A stretch of DNA of 64,000 bases from Camelus dromedarius (taxonomy: Eukaryota), in the NCBI RefSeq assembly GCF_036321535.1, contig NC_087447.1, positions 35,528,001-35,592,000 of the forward strand. The letters run 5' to 3'. The translations under genes were made by a program, and so were the position numbers. Under the pieces are notes generated by a model that ran no database searches, had not been told where the DNA came from, and saw only the letters and a program-made list of their open reading frames with translations. Within the stretch, counting starts at the first letter, position 1; each line of letters opens with the position of its first letter. This document shows positions 1 to 14,329 of this stretch, piece after piece.

Positions 1-1084
1 CAGCCTGTGAGACACTTGGCCCTGCATAATTCTTGTTCAGTGAATCTTTGTAGGCCCTCGTGCACAAAAGGAGGTTTTTGTTTGTTTCTAAAGTGGTTTC
101 TCAGTCCCATAGGCCCACCAAGCACTACTTCCTCATCTCTGCCTGTTTCTACCTCAAACCAAAAAGGTAAACTCGTGTTCCTTCTGCATGTGCTGCTCCC
201 CCTATGCCCTCCCCACCTCCCAGCTCTCTCTCAATTCTCCTGGGTGCTCTTCTGTTCTCCTGATTACCCAGGCTCGGAGTCCTCTGTGAGTCAGCTTGAT
301 GAGAGTCCTTCAGTCATTTAGTCTTGTCAGCACTCACCAACCCTGTCATTTCTTCCCTTGGACATGCCTCTTAAATCCAACTGTTCCTCCTGCTCCCTTG
401 GGGCTGCCCTCCGCCACCGCCAGGTGGCTGTGCCCTCTTTCCTGGATCACTGCATCAGCCTCTTAGTGATCTCCTGGTCCTTTGTCCTTCATCCATCATT
501 CAGACTGGTAAACTCTAAACACTGCCCCACTTTTGAGCTTAAAACTCCCCAAAGCTATCATTTCATATCCCCAAAACCAAACATTTCAGCTCTTTTCATA
601 ATCTGACCCTCCATCCCCAGTATGGGTTGTTCATGCCAGTCAGACTGGACTGCTTATGTCTCCTACATATTTAGTGATTCTTTTCTCATTTTTTTCCCTC
701 CATTCCCCTCTCCCTCCTTCACTGAAAAAATACAATAACAGTTCTTTGCAAACTATAAAGCATGCAAGGTTTTATTAGTTCAGCAAGTACTGCTGTGTGA
801 AAGGGAAGAAAGGGGTTTTGGATTTGGTGATTTACCTACTGCGTGCTGATGACTTCCTATATTATCTTTTTAATCCTCTTGATATTCCTGTAAGTTAGCT
901 TGGGTTATGTTCATATTATAAATGTGGAAACTGAGGCCCCGAGAAAAAAACCACATTCTCTTCCATTATTTTGCAGACCTGGTGCTAGAGGCAGAGTGGT
1001 GGGTACCTCTAGGCAGAAGGGTTATGACGTGCACACAAACATCATGGAAGAAAATGCCCATTGTCCTGAGAACTACAGATACCG

Positions 1085-1790
1085 TGCTATAGAAATGCTG
1101 AGGATGGTGAAATTTCTCCTAACTGGTGGGTTGGGGAGACTTCATGGAGGATGTAGATTTCCGCTGAGTGTGAAAGATGGGCAGTATTTGATAGAAGGAC
1201 GTGGGAGGCCAGGACAGGAAAGGAGGGACTAGTGTAGACAGAGGCACAGAGAAGGAAATGCCCTTGATGTCACCAGATCATCAGTGAATGGTCCACTTTG
1301 GTTGAAACACAGAGTTCTTGTAGGGACAACATAGTGGAATATAAGGTTATAAAGGTGAACTATAACCTGTCCATAGATGAACTTAAATGTCTAGTTAAAA
1401 GATTCATGGTCTGTTCTATAGGCACAGGGGAGCCATTAGCACATTTTTAGCAGTGAAAGTTGCTAGTCAGAGCTGAGATTTAGAAAGGTTACCCTGGGTA
1501 CCCAATAAATTGGAGAGAATGGGAAACAGCAGAGAGGAAATAATTAGAAGCTATTGCAATTGTCCAGTACAGATGTTCCAAGGGCCTGAAATAGCACAGT
1601 GACAATGGGAAGGGAGAAAGGGGGCAACATGAGAGCAGAACCTGGGAGCAGAATTACAGAACTTGGTGATTGGCTGGACTTGGGGAGTGAGAGGAGGACT
1701 CAGAGATGATTTGGAGGTGACTGCCAGGATGATGACGCAACACGTAATAGGCAGAGGAGGGTCAGAAGGGAAAACAGATTTGGGGGTGGA
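1085..1790 (-). mobile_element. L2 remnant
   Basis: Degenerate L2 signatures (ctataggcacaggggagccatt...tttagaaaggttaccctgg...gaacttggtgattggctgga). Confidence 0.65.
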
Positions 1791-3659
1791 AGGGCTGGGG
1801 TGGTGGTAGATGATTTGTTTTGTTTTGTTTTGTGCAGGTGGGGTTTTGGGGGCTGGTGAATTGCCTGTTCCACATCTGTGCTCAATGCTTTTCACCATGA
1901 CTGCAGCCATCCCCTCTGACCTTCCTCTTTATTAAGCAAACTTTTGTCTACCTTGTGCAGGCCAGCTGAATGAAGTCCTCAGGTGGACCTTGTTTATCCT
2001 TGAATCTCTGATGTACCATCCCTGCCACTGGATGTTTCCTGAGCCCAGTCTCCCTAGCATGTGTCCTGATATACATACGTATGCCTGATGTATGTGGGAT
2101 GAGCATCGGGTGGTCATCACTGACATCATCACACAGTAGTTCATGCTTATATGAATATTTATAGTTGACAAAACACTTAAAATGGTCAGAAGTGTGTTGT
2201 CGTTTCTTGCCAGTCCCCCCCAGGTAAGGTCACTGAACCATTGACTCACTAAAAAAGTTATTAGAGAATGAATTGTAAATTTTAATTTAATAATAAACAC
2301 AGTTGAAGACATTAGCGCATATCAGATGGGAAAGTTGGATGATTTTCAGGTGCTATAAATAGGTAGACTGTTAGAAAGAATGGTCAAATTAAAAAATATA
2401 TTTCAGGTGATATTAATGCTGAGATTGATGTTTTGTGCTTATTAAAACAAAGACCCTCTTGGCATCATACTTGGCATAGAGCACTCAATAAGTGTTGTAT
2501 TATATTATTACTGATAGAAATTTTGAGCCTGTAAAAGGGGAAGAAGCCATTTTTTAGGATAGGACCAACATTTTGACTAATATGGAAATATATACAATGT
2601 TTTTAAAGTGCCATTTAGGGGTCTAAAATCACTGTTAGTTGATGATTATAAAAATGTTTTGTTTACTCCTAAAATTATGGCTGACACATTTGGAGGGAAT
2701 CAAATTCAGAAAACTTGGGAGAGTTGAAATTCTAATTTTTTTTTTTTTTTTTTTTTTTAGTGAAAGATAAAAGGAGTCTGGGGAAAAAAGGTTGCTTCCC
2801 CACCTCTCAGCAATTTCCCATTTCCCCCTTTGCTTCTCTGGGCCATGCATTCTCTAGTGGATAAAGGGGAAAGTGAACTAGCATATGTGTCTACTCTGTC
2901 CAAGGTACTAAATACAGGTAATAGAATTCAGTCCCTGTGACAGTCCTGTGAAATTATTGCTATAATTCCAGCTATGCAGATGAGGAAAGTGAGGCTTAGA
3001 AAGTCTTAGTAACTTGGCCAAGTTCACAGAACTAACAGGTGATAGGACCAGAAGTGAAACCGCTCTCACCAGGAATATTGCAGTAGCTTCCTGACAGTCT
3101 GTGATGGCAGAGCTCATGCTCTCCCCTCCCCCGCCCCGCCCTCATGCAGCCCTCCTGCTGCACGAGGCAGAGGGTGGTAGTTTATGTTTACACCTTCATA
3201 TTAGAGCTGCTAGAACAAGTCATTCATTCAAAAATATTTGACCTCTGTTTTGCTTGAAGGCAAGGCCAGATTCCTGAGTTCCTCAGTCACTGTTGCTGCC
3301 TGCTACTCATTTAAAATACATTTTAAAATAGTGTTAAATTATTATGAATTCTCAACCCTCCCAGTATGGCCCCTCTATAAATGGGGCATATTGTTAAAAG
3401 GAACTTGACAGGAGAAATCTATGTAGCACAGAAAATTTGGTTTCTCCCCTTTGGAATTTGTATTGTAAAGGTCTCAAATTGTGCTTTTGATAGAATGTTT
3501 ACCCACAAAAGGTGCTAATGAGGCTCTCAGTCTTGTTCGAGTGGCAGAGAAAGAAAGGAATGTGCAGTGATGTGTTTATGAGTGGGTCTCCCCAGCTCCA
3601 GTGCAGGGCTGCGGGTGCAGGTGGAGGCAGAAAAGTCAAATGGAAGGGGATGGGACCAG

Positions 3660-3895
3660 TCAACCCACCCACCCCAACTCCAGCCTTTCTATCACTATGA
3701 ATTAGATTTGTTTTTCTAGACTTTCATGTTGATGGAATCATACAGTATGTACTTTTTCGCATCTGGCTTCTTTCATTGAGCACAGTGTTTTTGGGATTCA
3801 TCCATGTTATGTGTTTCAGTGGATTTACCTTTTTTTCAGTGAGTAATACTCCATTATATGGTTGCACCACAGTTTGTTTATCCATTTACCCATTG
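3660..3895 (-). mobile_element. Old L1M fragment
   Basis: atggaatcatacagtatgtact...tggcttctttcattgagcacagtgttttt...ttcatccatgtt typical L1M 3' region. Confidence 0.75.
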
Positions 3896-4350
3896 TGTTA
3901 ATTTTCTCTTGCTGCATAACAAATTACCACAAACTTAGTGGCTTAAAATGGCACCTCTTTAGTAGCTCATAGTTATAAATGTCAGAAGTCTGGGTGGGCT
4001 CCGCCGGGTTTTCTGCTTAGGATTTCACAACGCCAAAATCAAGATATCATCTGGGCTGGGCTCTTATCTGGAGACTCTAGGGGAGGCTCTGCTTCTGAGC
4101 TTCAGCTTGTTGGCGGATTTCAGTTCCTTGTGGGTGCAGGGCTGAGGCCCCGTTTCCTTACTGATTGTTGGCCCGGGGTTGCTCTCAGCAGTTAGATGCC
4201 ACTCTCCAGTCCTTGCAGACAGCCCCTCCATCTTCAAAGCCAGCCATGGTGCCCCGGGTCCTTTTTCCTGAATTCTCCTTCTGCTATCTGCCAGAGAAAA
4301 CGCTCTGCTTCTAAAGGCTCTGGTTAGATTACGCCTATCTGGAGCCCACT
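3896..4350 (-). mobile_element. MLT1-type (ERVL-MaLR) LTR
   Basis: tgtgttaattttctcttgctgcataacaaattaccacaaacttagtggcttaaaa... characteristic MLT1 terminus. Confidence 0.8.
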
Positions 4351-4569
4351 CTTCCATTTTTGGTAGACTTTCATTTTTTAAAATGGCTTTCTTGATATTA
4401 AGCAGTTCTTTGACATTTTAAGCATTTCTATACATTGATCCTTATTCTGCCACCTCATTCTGCAGCATGATTCCCTTTCCCCCTGTCCCGTGGCCCTTAT
4501 ACCATTCAAGTTTTCTCTTCTCCAGATTGAAAATGCTCATTTTTTCCTTGAGTTTTTACATGACATGTT

Positions 4570-4810
4570 GTAGCATAGCATTATAAGTATACTCTCTGGA
4601 ATCACACATAATTGGATTTAAATTCAGCTGTGCCACCTACTAACTGAGATATTGAACAAGTTAACTTCTCTGAACCTTGGTTTCCTTATCTATGCATACC
4701 TTATAGGATTAATTCAGAGATTAAATGAGCTAATGTGCGCAAAGCTCTTAACCACCTTCCTGTGTCACATTATATACACTCAATATACATTAGCCACTAT
4801 AATTATATCA
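4570..4810 (+). mobile_element. MIR SINE
   Basis: ctgtgccacctactaactgagatattgaacaagttaacttctctgaaccttggtttccttatct core. Confidence 0.75.
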
Positions 4811-5419
4811 TATTATCATCCTTTCCCCAGTTTGTTCTTTTTTTTTTTTCTGGATGTGGTCTATTTTATCAGTGACCTTAATAAAATATGCTGCCTGAAT
4901 TGTACAAGTAGTGCCTTAAAAAGGTTCATATCCTCTCCTAGGATGAGTATCAATCCATGGTACATTTTATGACAATCCTGTCCCCAGAAACGTATGGAAG
5001 GTTGTCAGCTGAGTGAGGGGAGGTGTCTCTGTGTCTTTGTCTCAGTGTATCTCTGTCTGCTCACACTGCTGTGCAATTGGCTACCGAACAAGGAAAGTGC
5101 TGTTCACCATGCTGTTTACTTTGCAGATGTGTAGGTGATGGTCGTGTGGCTCGTGTGTGAGCTTTGAGCTGGGATGGTGAAGGGGTTATAAATACCCCAT
5201 CAACATATATTCAAGGTGGCCTGGTGCCACACAGAGCTGATTCATGAAGGAATCAAACCTGCATACTGGTTTGAAAACAATTTGGTTTTGCTCAGTCACG
5301 TTGCGTGCGTGGCCCGCTGCTAATCTCTGGGTGGCATTTTCATTTTGGATTTATTCACCCCCTGTTTTGCTTAAGCTGAAAAATAAATATATTTGTTGCA
5401 CCAGAAAAAAAAAATTCAT

Positions 5420-5905
5420 AGTCCTTTATTCAATAATTCTGCTTTTTAGAAAATTTATCCCAAGGGAATAATCAGAGATGCAGGCAAAGATTTTTGTTTG
5501 AGAATGTTGTCACAACAGAATTTGTAATGGTAAAATATTTGTAATGGTAAAATATTGAAAGCAATCTAGGTAGAGAAATAATGAAATTAGGGTACATTCC
5601 TATGATGCTATAAAGCTGTAAAAATCACAATTTTAATGAAAGTAATGACATGGGAAACAAATTTTATGTTAAGTGTAAAAGTCATGATATAAAACAGGAT
5701 ATAAAGAATAGCCCCAACTGTGTTTCCAAAATTATATATATTTTATTCACAGACAAATATTGATAGGGAAAAGACTGAAAGGAAATATACCATGTGTTAA
5801 TAGTGAGTGATGGAATTATTGATTTTTTTATTTTCCTTACTATATTTTTGTTAATAACTGTGTATTACTTTTATAATCTGAAAAAATAAATAAATTTTAT
5901 TTTAA
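5420..5905 (+). mobile_element. Old L1ME-type 3' end
   Basis: Degenerate ORF2-end/3' UTR (aatttatcccaagggaataatcagagatg...ggaaatataccatgtgttaatagtg...tgtattacttttataatc...aataaa). Confidence 0.65.
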
Positions 5906-6041
5906 AATTCTTTCATGTATGTAGCCCAGAGCAGAACCTGACAGTCCACAACTTTGTCTTGAACCAGAAAAGTTGCAGAGTCACATCAGGAGATCAACAA
6001 AGTACCTCTGATGATCACTCAGCTGGGAACTGGCCTGAAGG

Positions 6042-6545
6042 TGTTACTGAGTCCAAGCTCATACTGCTCACTGCAGGACAGGCCAATAAATCAAGAGATG
6101 AGTTGTTGGGGCAAAGAATAGCGACTTTATTTGAAAAGCCTGCAGACTGAGAAGATGGTGGACTAGTGTCCCAAAGAACCATCTTGCCTGAATTAGAATT
6201 CAGGATTCCTTTATACTGAAAGGGGAGGGAGTAAAGTCAAACATTTCCTGGTTCTGGTCAGTCTCTGGAGGGAATGTGTTAATTTCTTCCTTCCTGTAGT
6301 CATGCACAGTTGGGCCTGGTCAGGATGTTCCCTGTGAGCTAAACAAAGGTATTTTAGCTTCCTGCTCATTACCTAGGAGGCAGGATTCCCAGAGACGGGC
6401 TATTATATGTATTATATATATATGTAAGGGATGCTTATAGGCAACATCTCTTTAGTGATTAACTTGTAGCAAAAGCAATAGAATAAAAGGTTAAAGTAAA
6501 AGAAACAGATCCAACATAGAGTCAGATTTGTTCTCCCCTAGTACA
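6042..6545 (-). mobile_element. ERV1-class solo LTR (504 bp), family not determined
   Basis: TGT...ACA termini and 4-bp TSD AAGG (6038-6041 / 6546-6549). On the - strand, TATAAA (6210-6215) precedes AATAAA (6126-6131). Confidence 0.8.
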
Positions 6546-7453
6546 AAGGCGGTGGGGTTCTAGCAGGCTGTCCTTGGGGAAAAGATAGCAGCACTCATTA
6601 TTAAACTTTCGACTTATGGGGCTGCTCCTAGGGAGGAAGTCTGTTGGGCTGGGTCACATGGCCCCAGTCAGTTGCAGCAGATACAGTCACTCTTGGTGCT
6701 GTGTTCATTGTTATACTGCACACGCTTGCTGTGATAAGCTTTGATGTCTCTGTCACATCTTATCTGCATTCTTGGCTTTTTAATCCCAGAAAGAACAAAG
6801 CTTTAGGATCTGGCCCTCTAGACTTTCTTTCGTTTGTTTCAGTTGAAAAAAACAAAAGCGATCCTTAGTGTGAGGGGCTCCAGGGCACCAGTGGGCCTCT
6901 TGGTCAGGGGCCAGGTGGTCTGCCCAATGCCTGGCCATGTTCAGGGGGTTTTGCCCCATGCCACGCTGTGCCAAACTGCTGTGTAGCTGCAGCAAAGGCA
7001 GAGATTCCTGAGCCTTGTGCACAAATGGCTCAGAGTCAGCCTGTCAGCTTTTTTTGTTGTTACTGTTGCTGGGGATAGACTTGAGAGAGGAGGGGGCTGT
7101 GCTGTCTCCCTCCACACGCTAGGGTCCATGTTCTAACTGTTCCCACTCTGGGGTATCACCCAGAGCATTTTCCCCAGACCTTGTGGGATCTACCTGTCAT
7201 TGTCTTGGCAGGCCATTCTATTTATCCAGTGACTCAAATTCTGAACATCTGAAGGATCATCTAGTCTCTGAATTCAACCATTATTTACAGAGCTCAAAGT
7301 ATTTACAAGACTCTACTCAGAAGCTGAGGAAATTCAGAGATAAATCCAGTGTCATTCATGTAGCACTTTCTGAGTCCCTAGTCTGTGTGTCAGATCCTGA
7401 GTCAAGAGCTATGGGAGGTACACAGATGAGAGACTTCAATTCAACAAACTTCT

Positions 7454-7710
7454 TTTTTTTTTTTAATATTTTTTATTGAGTTATAGTCATTTTACAATGT
7501 TGCATCAAATTCCAGTGTAGAGCAGTTTCTTAGTTATACATGAGCATACATACATTCATTGTCACATTTTTTTTCACTGTGAGCTACCACAAGATCTTGT
7601 ATATATTTCCCTGTGCTATACAATATAATCTTGTTTATCTATTCAACATATGCCTGTCAGTATCTACAAATTTTGAACTCCCAGTCTATCCCTTCCCACC
7701 CCTCTCCCCC
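7454..7710 (-). mobile_element. Young 5'-truncated L1 (3' UTR plus poly(A)) inserted in an L2 remnant
   Basis: Poly(T) followed by L1 3' UTR sequence shared with copies at about 26020 and 46109; perfect 13-bp TSD TCAACAAACTTCT (7441-7453 / 7711-7723). Confidence 0.9.
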
Positions 7711-8780
7711 TCAACAAACTTCTGATTAGGACCTACTATGTGCAGGGCACTGAGGAAAGAAATTAATGAAACAGTCTTAATGCTTGAGGAAGTTAGAACC
7801 TACATAATCTGGGAAGAGAGAGACGTGTGAACCACTTAATAATAAGTGGAATAAATGCTATTTCTATAGCAGGGCCCAGAGGAGGGAGTAATTACTTCTG
7901 AAGTAGCCTGGCTACTTACTAGCTATGTGCTTTTAGTCAAGGTATTTAACCATTCTGTTCCTCAGTTACTCTATCAAATGAAGATATAATGAGTTAATTC
8001 ACATGAAGTACCTAGAATGGGATTTAGTGGTCATAAATGTTAGCAATCCTTTTCCTTCTCCTCTTCTCTCTCCCTTCTTCCCAAGGATGAAAGATTCAGG
8101 TTACCCAGAACATGACAGCATGAGCCAGGTGTGATGAGGAGTGGGTGGCGGAATGGGTCTGTGGGGTCTGATGAGGCTCCATGCAAGTGTTCCTGGGTAA
8201 TTCTGCTGGCTGAAGAGGCTAGAGAACCACACCAGGTCCACATCATGGAGGATCTTCAATACCAGACAAGGAACAGGGGCTTCGGCAACAGGGAGCAAAC
8301 TAATCCATGTGTGCTTTCTGGAGAGCATTTTGGCAGAGCAGGGAGAGGTTGGGGAAGAGAGGGACACCAAGGAAGCTGCTGCACAATTCCAGGCAGGAGT
8401 TAAGGCCAGAACTAAGACCGTTTCTCTGACTATCTTAGTGTGATGGGGGCTAAGGAAGAGATTGAGTTCTCCTGTGTGCCTGCCTGTGGGTTTCTTACTG
8501 AAGGAGCATTGCTTTGAGTGACAGTTTATCCCATATAGCCCATACATTTTAATATTCTAAGACTGTGTTCAGTCTCTGACCTCAAAGCTGATCCACCCAT
8601 ACATCCTAGCACACTTAGCTGTGCTCTTTGCATTGCGTGTGAGATAAGCATATACACAGACTTCCTGTGTGTAGACACCAGTGGCTTGCACAGAGCTGAG
8701 CAGCTGTGGAACCTGCCGAAATCTTCAATAGCCTCACTGCAAGGAAGTCTTTATGAAGAGGGGTCTAGTATTTAAAAATC

Positions 8781-8878
8781 CCCGAATATATGTATATATA
8801 TATGCAAGACTGAGACATTATGCTGTACACCAGAAATTGATACATTGTAACTGATTGTACTTCAATAAAAAAATAAAA
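8781..8878 (+). mobile_element. Short L1 3' terminus in sense orientation
   Basis: ...ttatgctgtacaccagaaattgatacattgtaactgattgtacttcaataaaaaaataaaa is the reverse complement of the L1 3' end type at 33460-33520. Confidence 0.75.
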
Positions 8879-9509
8879 TCACAACAATGAAAATTACCTT
8901 GATATTGATTGTACATAAAGACATATTTGCCAGAGGCTTTACAATATAGAAAGAGTTGGGCTATCACAGGAGATGATACCCCAGATGAAAGTACCATTTA
9001 ATGAACTACTTCTAAGTATTAGGAGCTGGGTTGGGTTCTTTGGCGTACTTGATCTCACTGAATCTTCACAATCCTGGGAGGCAAGCATTAGTATACTTGT
9101 TACATAGAGCAGAAAGAAAGGCTCAGAAACTGCAGACTATATGCCCCAGGTCAGATGACCTGACAAATATCAGTCTTGGGACCAGGCTCTTAGTCTCCAT
9201 GAACCTCAGCTTTCTCATCTACCTTTAATATGTTTACTGATTTTCTCAGTTCCCCTGTATGAACCAATCCACTGCACCAGTCCTGCTGCTGTCTTCCTGC
9301 ACAGGGTCCCACTTCCCACCAGGCCACAGGCCCTGAGCCCCCACCTGACCACTGCCATCCCTGCCGAGCAATTTGCCTCACATGGGCTCCCATCCTCCAC
9401 TCCCCTGCCTGGCCACCTTCCTACCTTAGGCTTTTGGACTGAATTATTCAGGAAGGAAGGCTATACTCTGTACTTTGTAGAACTTTTCTTGTTTTCTTTT
9501 TTGTCTGTT

Positions 9510-11579
9510 TTGGTTAAGTATAACTTAAACACAGTAAAATGTGCAAAAATACAGTAAGGTGTTCAACTCAATGAATTTTTACATTTGTATATACCTGTGT
9601 AATCACCCAAATTAGGCACCCCAGCAAGCCTCCCTCATGCCTCTTCTCAGATACACCCACCCCAAGACTACCACTATTCTATACTTTCACCAGTGATTAG
9701 TTTTGCTTGTTTAAATTTTTAACTTTTTATTTTGAAATAATTTCAAATTTATAGAAGTGCTGCAAGAATAGAAAGAACTCTTCAGATCCTTCACCCAGAC
9801 ACAGCGTGTATTAACATTTTACCACATTTATGTGCATTTGTGTCTCTCACTCTCTTTTCTGAAAATATAACATTGGTAGAACACTGTTATCTAATCTGCA
9901 GGGCATCTTCGTATTTCTCCAGTTGTCTCAGTGGTCTCTTTCATGGCAGTTTTTCACTTTGATGTAGGATTCATTCCAGGATCCTGTATTGCATTTAGTT
10001 GTCATGTCTTTTTGCTTCCTTTAATCTAGAATAGCTTTTCCTTATCTTTTATGACACTGATAATTTTTAAGAGTACAGGACAGTTGTTTTGTAGTTGTTT
10101 TGTGTAATAGCTCTCAATTTTGTTCTACCTGATTTTTCTTTTTGAATAGATTCACTTAGGCACTTTCAGCAGGAATACAAAGTAAGAGATGTGTCTTTAA
10201 TGCATCACATAAAGAGGCACCTGATGTCACTTTATCCCATTGCCAGTGATGCTAACTTAGATCACTTAAGTAAGGTGATATTTACCTCCTTTCTCTGCTA
10301 GAAAGCTACCACTTATCCTTTCTTTGTAATTAAGAAATAATCTGTGAAGAGATACTATAAGACTATGTAAATATCCTGTTCCTCTTCATATTTTTGCCCA
10401 GTAGTTTTAACATCTATTAATGGTTCTTGCCTGAATTAACAGTTACTATTGCAAAATTATTTTCTTGCTCAATTATTCCTTTTACATCTATTATTTTTAC
10501 ATTGGACTATAAGGAAGAGCTTTCCTTCCTCCCCTATTTATTATTCAGTCTGTACTTCCGAATTTTAATTTTATTCAGTGAGTTATAATCTATTGTCATT
10601 ATTATTCATTTTGATGCTCAAATTCTCCCTGATTTAGCCAGCGGGAGATCCTTCAAGCTGGCTACTGTGTTCTTTTGACATGTCCCTGTTATTCTTTGAT
10701 CACTTCCTTACTTCCTGGCACAAATAGATGTTCCAGGCTCAAGTTGTTCTTTCCCAGTCTCAACCCTGGAGTCAGCCATTTCTTCAAGGAGCTCTGATTT
10801 CTTAGTTGAACAGTATTTAAAAGCCAAGATCTGTGCACCAAGTGACCTCATAGCTGCTGCGGTATTATTCTTTCTGGGCAATTTCATCTTGGTCTAACTC
10901 AACCTGTGTATGTGTGTGCACACGTGTATAGAACTGTGAGTTCATACTGATACTTCTAATTCTAACCCTATGTCCACAGGTTTCCTCTTTGCCCTCCCTC
11001 ATTACATACTTGTTTTCTTCATCTACAATGAAAACTCTAGCTCCCAAGAACATTAATATATTTCATTTGCGCAGTCCTAAAATATATATAAAATACTTTC
11101 AGAATTGATACATGCATACTGCTATGGAAAAAACATAATCCACTAAGTAGAGTTAAAGTTTTTTTTTTAACTTCTCTTTTTGTTTTTAAACAGAACTTAT
11201 TTAGTCAAAGTACTGCATTTAAAAGTTACTAGAATTGGTTCTTTTTTTCCTCCTTCAGAATGGTTATATTCTTTATTTGAAATAAGTCTGCCTACTTTTG
11301 AACTTCATGTGGATAGTGTCATGCAATATTTACTCTTCTGTGTCAGATTTCTTTTGTTCACCATCATTCTTGAAGATTTATTTACATTTTGAAGAGCATA
11401 GGGATTTTTTTTCCATTGTTATAAAGTATTTTGATTATAGTACACTATATTCATTCCACTGATGATGAATATTTGGGTAATTTTATGTTTTTATTATGAA
11501 TAAAGCTGCTGTGAACATTCTTGTAGATGTCTTTTGATGCAAGTAAGTAATTATTTGTTTGTGGTACTTGGGTTTTCTG

Positions 11580-11634
<55 letters not shown>

Positions 11635-11780
11635 TGTGTGTATTTACCGTTAGTAGATACTGCCAAACAGTTTTTCAAAGCAGTTTTTGAATTTATATTC
11701 CTGCCAGCAAAGTAAGAGATTTCCAGTTATTCTACTTCCTCACCAGTGCTTCGTACTGGCAGTCTTTGTAAATTTCAAGC
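9510..11780 (-). mobile_element. Old L1M with a nested L1MC/MD-type 3' UTR (about 9713-11283)
   Basis: Outer element breaks at 'gattagttttgcttgttt' and resumes at 'gtctgcctacttttgaacttcatgtgg'; inner element starts 'aactttttattttgaaataatttcaaatttatagaag'. Confidence 0.65.
11584..11633 (+). repeat. (GT)25 microsatellite
   Basis: Pure dinucleotide run, counted directly. Confidence 0.97.
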
Positions 11781-13826
11781 TGTCTTGGCTCTTAGGGAAA
11801 AGGTTCAGTTTTTTTTGAGAAGCACACTATAGGATGTTTGGCTGGCTTGAATCTGTTAATTACCTGTCTTGGAGGTTGGCTGTTCAGCTCACGTGGTTGT
11901 ATCCTATTCTCAAGGGTTTAAGTAACTTACTGGTGTTGGCTTTACTGAAATTCAGATTCATTGTTGTGTTAGGCACTTTTAGTCTGTAAGGATCAGAGAT
12001 ACTCTGTGGTTACTTTAGTACTGTAAGGATGGGCATAAATACTGGAAACGGTGAAGCAAATGCCTTATAAAAGAACAACTGGAAGGTCAGTTAGAACACA
12101 AGGCAGCTCAGAAATCTAGACCTTGCACCGTCAGCAATAAGATCTAGAAATCTCACATTCCAGTGACTTGGCTTCTCTTCTCTAGTTTGTTCCTGCTGCT
12201 TCTGACTCTTCTGCCTGTAGCTCCTCCTCATCTTAACCTTTTCTGGGTCTGTTTCTTCCAGCTACTGCTCCAGTTACCAACTAGACTAAAGGACTCATGC
12301 CCTACAACCTGTTTCAGGCGAGTTTTTACATTAAGCCATTTCACAGGCTATGGCCACTCCGTGCACTAACCCACTTTGGGTAGGTATCCATCCATAACCC
12401 AACCATACCAATTAGGCCGCAGGAGCACATAGTGTCAACATGGCAACTTATGAGAAAGGAATTCCCATAGAAGTGCGCTATGGAAAAAGCAAGCATCCTG
12501 AGTGCCTGGCTAGTTTACCTCTATATATTATATTCTAATTCAGTAGACATTTCTCAGGCCCTCTCCTTATCTGCCAGTAGAGTAACTGTTGAAAAAGAAA
12601 ATGAACTGTTCACAGTGTACCTATGCCAGTTCCTAATACTTATAGTTTCCTTTTGTATGTTCCCAAATTTTATGTTTTATATGTTGTGGAAATGTGTCTG
12701 TGGAACAAGGTCAAGCTCAAAGTGAATTTTATTCTGTAGAATTTGAGGGTGCGGTGTGAAAGGGTTTTAGGATGTATAAGATATGCTTGAGTGTTATTAT
12801 CCAGTTTTAAAGATGAGGGAATTGAAGTCCAGAGAGGTGAAGAGATTTGCCCAAGGTCACATGACCAGGAAGTGTCAGGGCAAGGACTCAAATCCAGGTC
12901 TTCTGATTCTCTAACTAGAGCTCTTCTCACTACCCCACACTGCATGGGGAGATGCGACAAAAGCAAACTTTAGCCAAAGCGAGTGGAAGGATTTGAGAGA
13001 AGGCAGTTCTCCTAGGGGCTGAGATGATCTGGGAGGCTTCCTGAAGGCAGTGGGTTTTGAACTGGACCTTATAAGATTGCTAAGGTTTAGAATAGAATGG
13101 AAAAGAGACAATGGTGCAAAAGAGGGAAAACAGATTTTCCAGGGTCAGAGAAGAGACTTGTGTTGCTGGGCTAGTGGGTTTATGTAGGAAAGGGGTGAGA
13201 GATCAAGTGTGGTAGGAAGTTAGGAAGCTTTGAGACCATTAAAAAAATTTTTTTGGTATTTAAAAATTATTTTTAAACCAGATCACTACAGGATGGAGAG
13301 AAGAAAGCTTAAAGTCATTTAGGTAGCCTTTAAAAGGAGTGTAAGGAACTGAACCAAGATGGTAGCACCTGAAAAATCAAGACATTGAAAAGCAGAATTA
13401 ACAGGCCTTTGAGATAGAGTAAGAGGGAGATAAAAGAGTCAGAGAACTATCAGTAACTTGAGAGTTTGAGCCTTAGTGACTGGGGCAGTCTGGTACCAGT
13501 ATTAGAAGAGGAGGGTCAGTAGGTGTAATGGTTAAGCTCGCAGGCTTTGGATCAAGACCAACCTGGGTGTACAGCCCAGTGTGACATGGGACCAATGATT
13601 TAACTTCTCTGGGTGTGTTTGCTGACCTGTTGAGTAGAAAGACAGATTCCCACTTCTCAGATTAGCTGTGAGGATGCAGCCTTGCAGGTAAAGTGAAATT
13701 CCATGTCATGTGCCTGGATGTCAGGCACTTAACCAAATTTTAGCTCTTTTCCTCCCCATCCCAACCTCTCCATTTAAGAATGTAGTGGAACCTAGCTAAA
13801 GACTCACTTTCTTAGATATAGAATTT

Positions 13827-13922
13827 GAGGAAGGAAGGAATGAAGGAAGGAAAGAAAAAGAGAAAAAGAAAACAAGGAAGGGAGGGAGGGAGGAAGGAAG
13901 GAAAAAAGAAAAGAATAAAAGA
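13827..13922 (+). repeat. Purine-rich (GGAA/GAAA) low-complexity tract
   Basis: gaggaaggaaggaatgaaggaaggaaagaaaaagagaaaaagaaaacaaggaagggagggagggaggaaggaagg... Confidence 0.85.
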
Positions 13923-14329
13923 ATAGGCTTTACAGGGAGGATGGGTTCTTCCCCATTGGACTTTGAGATGGAGGACAAGATGGAGCCTCTGGGCCCAAAG
14001 GTCTCATTTTTTGTCCTCCTTTCACATCTAGGCTTCAGTCAAAAACTGAAGCCCTCACAAAGGGAGTTAAGGTATCTTTGCAAGGCTAGGTGCTTAAGGA
14101 AGCAAGCCACTGTGCTGCCTCTCTGCTGTCACCATGACCTCCTTTGAGGCTATTTCTGAGCCTAGGGGTAAAACTCCGTTGGCTGACAGGACTAAAGTTT
14201 GCTGTAAAACATGCCCAGCCTCCCAGCCTCCCAGCCTGCTTTTCTAACAGTTTCCGAAATTCTGGTTTGTCTCCCCAGGGTTCTCCGCAGATGGCAACTG
14301 GGTTTGGGCAGAGTTTAGCAAAGGCTGCA

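Noticed and set aside
2190..2229. Donor-like CAG|gtaagg as an additional exon end
   Set aside because: No convincing exon body or SERGEF-like peptide; such motifs are frequent by chance in long introns.
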